A stretch of 64,000 nucleotides of DNA from an archaeon GW2011_AR20 (lineage in GTDB: Archaea; Nanobdellota; Nanobdellia; SCGC-AAA011-G17; GW2011-AR20). A model generated the notes under the pieces. The model was not told the origin of the DNA. It did not search any database and saw only the letters and a program-made list of their open reading frames with translations. Both the position numbers and the translations under genes were made by a program. This document shows, piece after piece, positions 58,056 through 64,000 of this stretch; within the stretch, counting starts at the first letter, position 1; the number at the start of each line of letters is the position of its first letter. Where the stretch lies: the NCBI GenBank assembly GCA_000830315.1, contig CP010426.1, positions 738,496 to 802,495 on the forward strand. The letters run 5' to 3'.

Positions 58056-58263
58056 CTTGCTACTAAATTAACCAAGTATTTAAAATTTGCCATAGTAATG
58101 AATTCATGATAATTGAAGAGGGAACAAGTGCAATACTCGCGTTTTTCGCTTTAGTTTACTTACAGGACGTTGATAGATTCCCTTTTTTAATTAATGTCAT
58201 AATATGCATTTTATTTTATATTATTGCAGCAACCTTTTTCTTTTCAACGTTTAAAAACAATGA

Positions 58264-59556
58264 TTAAGGAGAATATCTTAACATTGTTCTCGGATATGGA
58301 ATTGCATCCTTAATATTATCCAAACCGCAAATCCATGCTATTAATCTTTCGACACCCATTCCAAAACCACCATGTGGAATGCTCCCGTATTTTCTCGTAT
58401 CTAAGTAAAACTTATAGTTACCTGGATTTTCATTCTGCTCCCTCAATCTTGCAACAATTTTTTTAGGATCTGGTTCTCTTTCACTCCCGCCGATTAATTC
58501 ACCATAGCCTTCCGGGCCAATAAAGTCACAGCCAAAAACAACTTTTGGATTTTTTGGATCCTCTTTCATGTAAAAAGCCTTAACAGCCTTTGGATAATGG
58601 GTTACAATAACGGGGGTATCGTACAAGTTTGATAATTTATCTTCTTCAATTGTTCTCAAATCCTCTCCCCAGTTCACTTTCATTTTGCATTTATTATTTA
58701 AAATCTTTAACGCATCTGTGTAAGTAATCCTCGGGAATTTCTTTTTTACACTTGGCTCTAATTTATGTACATCCCTCTCTAAAATCTTTAATTCTTCCTT
58801 GTTATTTTTTAGCACTTCTTGTATAACATGTTTGATTAATGCTTCCCCATAATTTTGTATATCATTGAAGTTAGCCCATGCAACCTCCATTTCAGCATGC
58901 CAGTATTCTGTCAAATGCCTGGATGTCTTAGATTTTTCAGCCCTAAAACTTGGTGCAATGCAGTAAACTTTTTCCAACGCAAATATTGCAGGTTCTGCAT
59001 ATAACTGCCATGTTTGTGCCAGGAATAATTTCTTTCCAAAATAATCCAAGTTAAATAATGTGCTACCGCCTTCTGCCTGCGTGCTTTGTATTATTGGACT
59101 TTGAAATTCATAAAATCCTTCTTTTCTAAAGTAATCATGTATCGCCTTGAATATTGTCGAGCGTATTTTTAAAACAGAAGTCATTTTTCTAGATCTTAGC
59201 CATAAATGACGATTATCTAATAATAATTCAGGGCTTTGGTCTTTTTTAATCGGGAAAACTTCTGCAAATTGTATTACATTTAATTTACTTACTTGAATTT
59301 CGTATCCTGTTGGGGCTCTCTTGTCTTCCTTAATATCCCCTTCAATTTCCAAAGAACTTTCAATTAATACCTTGTTTGAATCATCCCATTCCTTTTTTGA
59401 TACCCTATCTTGTTTAATTACAGCCTGGATAATATTGGTTGAATCTCTAATAACAAGGAACACCATATCTTTTTGTTTTCTTTCTCTGTAAACCCAGCCG
59501 TGAATGTTTACCTTACCCTTTCCTTTTTTAATTGCCTCTTCTATCGAAATAAACAT
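58264..59556 (-). CDS. asnS: Asparagine--tRNA ligase
   Basis: OB-fold GWV, RHLWLR, FRAEKSKTSRHLTEYW, GELIGGSERE, PHGGFGMGVER. Confidence 0.93.
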   Translation of the reverse strand: MFISIEEAIKKGKGKVNIHGWVYRERKQKDMVFLVIRDSTNIIQAVIKQDRVSKKEWDDSNKVLIESSLEIEGDIKEDKRAPTGYEIQVSKLNVIQFAEVFPIKKDQSPELLLDNRHLWLRSRKMTSVLKIRSTIFKAIHDYFRKEGFYEFQSPIIQSTQAEGGSTLFNLDYFGKKLFLAQTWQLYAEPAIFALEKVYCIAPSFRAEKSKTSRHLTEYWHAEMEVAWANFNDIQNYGEALIKHVIQEVLKNNKEELKILERDVHKLEPSVKKKFPRITYTDALKILNNKCKMKVNWGEDLRTIEEDKLSNLYDTPVIVTHYPKAVKAFYMKEDPKNPKVVFGCDFIGPEGYGELIGGSEREPDPKKIVARLREQNENPGNYKFYLDTRKYGSIPHGGFGMGVERLIAWICGLDNIKDAIPYPRTMLRYSP

Positions 59557-59615
59557 AAACTTGAGTATTTATTATATTAAAAAGGTTTTTGGTTCTACAA
59601 TTTACGAACTCTTTG

Positions 59616-60059
59616 TTATTTAACCATCATTTTTAATTTAGAGTATATCTTTTTTGTAAATTCTATCACTTTATTAGCATATTCTGCATCAAGTGACGTG
59701 CCATAGTACATTATTCCATTTCTAAAATATCTCATTTGATCTGCAAATTGCATATCTTTTTCATCAAAACCTAAAATTCTCATATATGCTATCTCGGCTT
59801 CATGTGCACCAAAACCAGAGGCGTTATAGCCGTCTAATAACATCTTTGCTCTTATAAGTTCCATCAATATATCATAACAACTCTTTACATAAGCATTTGC
59901 ATTAACATCATTTAACTGGAGTTTTTTTATCATCTCTAGCAAATTGTTATAACTGTTTTCTGATTCTTTAATCAAAAACTCTGCCCTAGATTTATCTATA
60001 CTCTGTTTTTTAACTATATTATTTCTTATAAACTCATCAAATTTTTTAATTCCTTTCAT
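59616..60059 (-). CDS. HEPN-domain protein (MNT-HEPN pair)
   Basis: AHEAEI, RYFRNGIMYYG. Confidence 0.75.
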   Translation of the reverse strand: MKGIKKFDEFIRNNIVKKQSIDKSRAEFLIKESENSYNNLLEMIKKLQLNDVNANAYVKSCYDILMELIRAKMLLDGYNASGFGAHEAEIAYMRILGFDEKDMQFADQMRYFRNGIMYYGTSLDAEYANKVIEFTKKIYSKLKMMVK

Positions 60060-60604
60060 AATTCAACACCACCAATAAGTATGATTCCATTGCATAAATT
60101 TTCTTTTAAATTCTTGTGAATGCTTTTAAATGATTCATAGATATTTATATTTATTTCCCTTTCCAACTTTTTTTCATATATAGTTAAATCTATTTGCTTG
60201 TCTTTTCTTCCGATTACTGCAATATCGATGTCCGAATTTATGATGTCTTCTCCTTTAGAATAGCTTCCAAATAAGATTATTGTTGCTCCTGCAAATTCTT
60301 TCTCAAGAAAATCTGCAAGTCCTGTTTCATATATCTGCCTCAAATTATCTACTCTTTTTAATTGCATTACCATGTGATGATCACTATTCAATTCTATTGA
60401 CCATCTTTTTGTTTCTTTATCTTGTTTTATTTTGATTAGATTTTCTTTTTCTAATTCTGGTAATGCTTTCATTATTGCTGGTTGTGTTACCTCAAGAATT
60501 CTTGATATTTGCCTCTGGTTTAATGATATTCCTGTTTTTACATAAAGGAGCCTTAATATTTCTTGCTGGAGTTTTGTTAACTTTAGTTTATATATATTTA
60601 CCAT
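60056..60604 (-). CDS. HTH + minimal nucleotidyltransferase (MNT)
   Basis: LFGSYSKG....SDIDIAV. Confidence 0.9.
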   Translation of the reverse strand: MVNIYKLKLTKLQQEILRLLYVKTGISLNQRQISRILEVTQPAIMKALPELEKENLIKIKQDKETKRWSIELNSDHHMVMQLKRVDNLRQIYETGLADFLEKEFAGATIILFGSYSKGEDIINSDIDIAVIGRKDKQIDLTIYEKKLEREININIYESFKSIHKNLKENLCNGIILIGGVEL

Positions 60605-60680
60605 AGTTAATAGGTATTTACTTTAGTTTATAAACCTTTCGCTTAGTAACATTTATTAATTTTTCCTGGATTTTGGTATT

Positions 60681-61361
60681 ATGAAAATAATGGATATTCC
60701 TTTCTATAATCGTCCAGGCTTTAAATTAACTAGAAATGGGGTTCAATCTTTAGATGACGCTGAATTATTAAGCATTATTTTTGGTGTTGGCAGTAAAGAT
60801 GAAAATGCGATTGAATTAAGCAATAGATTACTTAAAAAATATAATCTTAATAAACTTGAGAACTTATCTGTTAAGGAATTGGCTAAGGAATGTAAATGGG
60901 ATTTTAATAAAGCTTTACAGTTATTAAGTTTAGTTGAAATATGTAAAAGGTATAATAAGTTAGTTAATAATGGCTTTAGTACTATTATTAAATCCAGTAA
61001 AGATGTTTATAATTTGTTTTTTAATGAATTAAGCAGTTTAAAAAAAGAGAAGGTTATTGGATTGTATTTAGATACTAAAAATAAGATAATTAAGAAAGAA
61101 GTTCTTGGAATTGGAATATTAGATTCTAGTTTAATTCATCCTAGAGAATTATTTAGAGAAGCTATTAAGGAAAGTGCTAAAAGTGTTATTTTAGTTCATA
61201 ATCATCCTTCTGGGGATGCTAATCCTTCTGAAGATGATATTAATTTAACTAAGAATTTGATTGAAGCAAGTAATTTAATGGGAATTAATTTTTTAGATCA
61301 TGTTGTAATTGGAAAGAATTGTTTTTATTCGTTTAAAGATGATAGGATAGTTAGAGTTTAG
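60681..61361 (+). CDS. radC: RadC-family JAB domain protein
   Basis: HPRELFREAI, HNHPSGDANPSEDD, LDHVVIG. Confidence 0.93.
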   Translation: MKIMDIPFYNRPGFKLTRNGVQSLDDAELLSIIFGVGSKDENAIELSNRLLKKYNLNKLENLSVKELAKECKWDFNKALQLLSLVEICKRYNKLVNNGFSTIIKSSKDVYNLFFNELSSLKKEKVIGLYLDTKNKIIKKEVLGIGILDSSLIHPRELFREAIKESAKSVILVHNHPSGDANPSEDDINLTKNLIEASNLMGINFLDHVVIGKNCFYSFKDDRIVRV

Positions 61362-61984
61362 TTCGAACTTGAATTAATTATTTGAGAAATTTTTGAACTT
61401 TCTGTTACTAAAAATGTTCTGATAGCCCAATGAGCATCACTTAAGATTATAGAAACACACTCGCCACATTTTAGAGCTAATCTATTAAGTCCCGAAATTT
61501 TATAAACATAACCTACTGTTTTGTAACTAGCGACATAAAATGTTCCGACAATTATGGTTGTTGTTTCAAACGCAAATTTGCCAGAAGCCGCATAAAAATT
61601 CTTTAAATTTTGTTCATTTTTATTAAATGTAAAGGCTCTAGAAATATAAATTAAATTATTGTAACTTCCAACCAAAGGACCATATTCTGTTGTGTATTTA
61701 GCTAATTTTTCAAAAGATTCTTGGGATTTTTCAAAATAAGGGATATTAAATATTTCACTGTTCTCATTTAATATCCTAATCATATTATTCATATTTTCTG
61801 CAAATTGCTTATATTTTTCAAAATTATCTATTGTAGATAATTCTATAATTGGCAATTCTGCGATAGTATTGGGCAAAGTTTCGTTAGTAAATTCATTTAC
61901 AGCATTAGTAGTAGAATTATTGTTTGGAGTACATCCACTAATAAAAATTAATATTATAAAAATTGAAAAAATATTTTTATTCAT
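61358..61984 (-). CDS. Putative lipoprotein
   Basis: Lipobox ISGC. Confidence 0.65.
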   Translation of the reverse strand: MNKNIFSIFIILIFISGCTPNNNSTTNAVNEFTNETLPNTIAELPIIELSTIDNFEKYKQFAENMNNMIRILNENSEIFNIPYFEKSQESFEKLAKYTTEYGPLVGSYNNLIYISRAFTFNKNEQNLKNFYAASGKFAFETTTIIVGTFYVASYKTVGYVYKISGLNRLALKCGECVSIILSDAHWAIRTFLVTESSKISQIINSSSN

Positions 61985-61985
61985 T

Positions 61986-62198
61986 TTACTTGTTATTTAA
62001 ATCCTCGCTTATTTCTTTTAATTGTTCGAGAGCATCTTCCAAGTCTTCAACGAGTTCATTTGCAATAACATCTGGATCGGGTAGTTTGTCTAAATCTTCT
62101 AAACTTTCATCTTTTAACCAGAATATATCGAGATTTGTTTTATCTCTCTTTAAGATATCATCATAATTAAAACATTTAAATTTTTCAGTTTTTCTCTT
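61986..62198 (-). pseudogene. C-terminal relic of a type I R-M methyltransferase (HsdM)
   Basis: KRKTEKFKCFNYDDILKRDKTNLDIFWLKDESLEDLDKLPDPDVIANELVEDLEDALEQL. Confidence 0.85.
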
Positions 62199-62644
62199 AT
62201 AATATCTATTTCATTTTCTTTTATCCTTGATAAAATTAATTTAGTTTTGACAAAAAAATCTTTTGAATATAATTTAACCTCGCTTATTGAAGTATCATCA
62301 ACAGGTCTATCTGCATAATACTGTAAATCACTTCTATTGCCAAATGCTTCATTTATCATTTCCATATCTTTTTGATTATAGAATTCATTTAAATATTGTT
62401 TCATGAACTCCAAAGAACAAGAATGAATCTCGCATTTTACACCAATTCTTAACATTAAAGAGTAGAGCGAATAATAAAAGATATAATAACTGGTTGTTGC
62501 AATCCATATTTTGCTGTCTTTTATATTGTTTAAAACTTTAATAGAATCTTCAGCCATATTAAAATAGGAATTAGACATATTAATGTTTGGCTCAATAATC
62601 TTAATTCCATTTTTATTTTTTAGGCACCATTCAACTGTAACCAT
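62150..62644 (-). CDS. HEPN-domain protein (MNT-HEPN pair)
   Basis: SYYIFYYS...KCEIHSC...RSDLQYY. Confidence 0.8.
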   Translation of the reverse strand: MVTVEWCLKNKNGIKIIEPNINMSNSYFNMAEDSIKVLNNIKDSKIWIATTSYYIFYYSLYSLMLRIGVKCEIHSCSLEFMKQYLNEFYNQKDMEMINEAFGNRSDLQYYADRPVDDTSISEVKLYSKDFFVKTKLILSRIKENEIDIIREKLKNLNVLIMMIS

Positions 62645-63212
62645 AATAATCTCTCCAGATTAGATTAACGAATTTTTCAGTGTTAAATAAAACAATATGA
62701 TCTTCAATTATTTCTTTAATTAAATTATTCTTTTTCTTTAAAAGATTTAAAAACTCATTTTCTTTAAAATATTTTATGCTGACATTAACATCAAAAAATT
62801 TGCCTTTTTCTTCATAATCATTTTTGGTTTTACTGCCCACAATAAAAACATCCAAATCAGAAAATTTTGTTTGTGTTTCCTTGGCATAACTTCCAAAAAT
62901 TCCAACGATTCTTGAATCTTCCTTGAATATACTGGCTAATTTTATATATTTAGATAAAAACTCTGTTTTTTTTATTAATTCTATCATTATTAAAATATCT
63001 TTTATGCTCTGGTATGAAAGATTTAAAGAATAAAATTTCATTTTTCCCATAACTTTGGATTTTAAGATAGACAAATTCTCTAAATCTTGCAAAACCAACG
63101 CTATATTTTTTTGGCTTAAATTTGTTTTATTTATGAGTTGCCTTCCATAAATCTCCCTATTATAATTTCCTGTAAATTTCTCTAAAATCTGAAAATACTT
63201 ATTGTGTAGCAT
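62631..63212 (-). CDS. HTH + minimal nucleotidyltransferase (MNT)
   Basis: IFGSYAK.....SDLDVFIV; near-palindrome at 63213-63230 before the start. Confidence 0.88.
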   Translation of the reverse strand: MLHNKYFQILEKFTGNYNREIYGRQLINKTNLSQKNIALVLQDLENLSILKSKVMGKMKFYSLNLSYQSIKDILIMIELIKKTEFLSKYIKLASIFKEDSRIVGIFGSYAKETQTKFSDLDVFIVGSKTKNDYEEKGKFFDVNVSIKYFKENEFLNLLKKKNNLIKEIIEDHIVLFNTEKFVNLIWRDYYGYS

Positions 63213-63266
63213 TTTACATATATGTGTAAATTTTTACATATTTAAATCTTTTGATTTTCTATTAAT

Positions 63267-63288
63267 TTAATGGGAGTATCTTAACATT
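63267..63288 (-). repeat. Copy of the asnS 3' end (MLRYSH*) directly after the aspS stop
   Basis: 19/22 identity with 58264-58285 (MLRYSP*). Confidence 0.7.
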
Positions 63289-63290
63289 TT

Positions 63291-64000
63291 TTAAGGAGCA
63301 ATCCTATCTCTATCTCTAGGATATAAAACAGCTTCTCTAATATTATCTAATTTTAACAAACTCATTGTAAATCTTTCTAAACCGATGGACCAGCCAGAAT
63401 GGATCGGTGAACCAAATTTAAACGAATTAACATAAAACTCAAAATTTTTAGGATTAAGTCCTTTATCTTTTAAATTCTTAACAAGTATTTCAGGAATATG
63501 TACACGTTGTCCTCCTGAACTAATTTCAATTCCATTATATAAAGCATCAAACCCTTTACTTAATTTTTTATCTTTAGGAAGAATATAAAAAGGTTTTAAA
63601 GAAATCGGCCACGAATGAGTAAATATTATTGTATCCGGAAACATATTGCATAATTTCCTTTCATCTTCTGGACTAAAATCATCTCCATTCTTCAATTTAC
63701 ATAATTTCACAGCTTCATCATAACTAAGATACTTAGATTTAGGAACTCTCAATTTCAAATTTAATACATTAAGTTCTTTACTACAATTCTTAATGACATT
63801 AGAAACAATAAAAGAAACACATTCCTCCAAATACTTCATTGCAGAAAAATCATCTGCAAAGGCAACTTCAATATCCATTTGTCTTGATTCATTTAAATGC
63901 CTTGTTGTATTATGTTTTTCAGCCCTCCAGACAGGAGCAATAGTAAATACTTTCTCAAGAGAAATAGTTGCCAACTGCTTATATAACTGAGGACTCTGAG
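63291..64000 (-). CDS. aspS: Aspartate--tRNA ligase (C-terminal part, runs off window)
   Basis: QSPQLYKQ, WRAEKHNTTRHLNE, EISSGGQR, GLERF, YPRD. Confidence 0.93.
   Translation of the reverse strand, partial: QSPQLYKQLATISLEKVFTIAPVWRAEKHNTTRHLNESRQMDIEVAFADDFSAMKYLEECVSFIVSNVIKNCSKELNVLNLKLRVPKSKYLSYDEAVKLCKLKNGDDFSPEDERKLCNMFPDTIIFTHSWPISLKPFYILPKDKKLSKGFDALYNGIEISSGGQRVHIPEILVKNLKDKGLNPKNFEFYVNSFKFGSPIHSGWSIGLERFTMSLLKLDNIREAVLYPRDRDRIAP

Noticed and set aside
57452-58089. 15-bp direct repeat AGTATTTAAAATTTG flanking two small genes
   Set aside because: Both copies coincide with the BRE/TATA consensus of minus-strand promoters, so they need not be insertion scars, although that is not excluded.
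1-64000. CRISPR array, cas genes, rRNA
   Set aside because: No regularly spaced repeat-spacer array, cas motif or rRNA-like segment was seen by eye.

Overview
AT-rich archaeal chromosome segment, most consistent with a DPANN (Woesearchaeota/Nanoarchaeota-like) organism. Core genes include the split RNA polymerase operon rpoH-B''-B'-A'-A'' (A'' carries an intein), the proteasome/exosome cluster, aspS/asnS, uppS, trmI and a PINA ATPase. Six tRNA genes carry seven short introns, five at non-canonical positions. The most striking feature is a 12.7-kb integrated element (27252-39955) bounded by a 15-bp direct repeat and 14-bp inverted arms. It encodes a tyrosine integrase, an SF3 helicase and a secreted protein that looks like a complete archaeal fusexin (Fsx1, HAP2/GCS1 superfamily) ectodomain whose membrane anchor is replaced by an M64 zinc-metallopeptidase domain, followed by a separate membrane-anchored partner gene. 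The window also contains an IS6-like cargo transposon sitting in tandem with a relic of the same family. Several integrase-free toxin-antitoxin/Fic cassettes are each bracketed by a duplicated gene end (tRNA-Leu, the deacetylase/glycosyltransferase junction, subtilase, asnS). All family assignments are by eye from motifs; no database searches were run.
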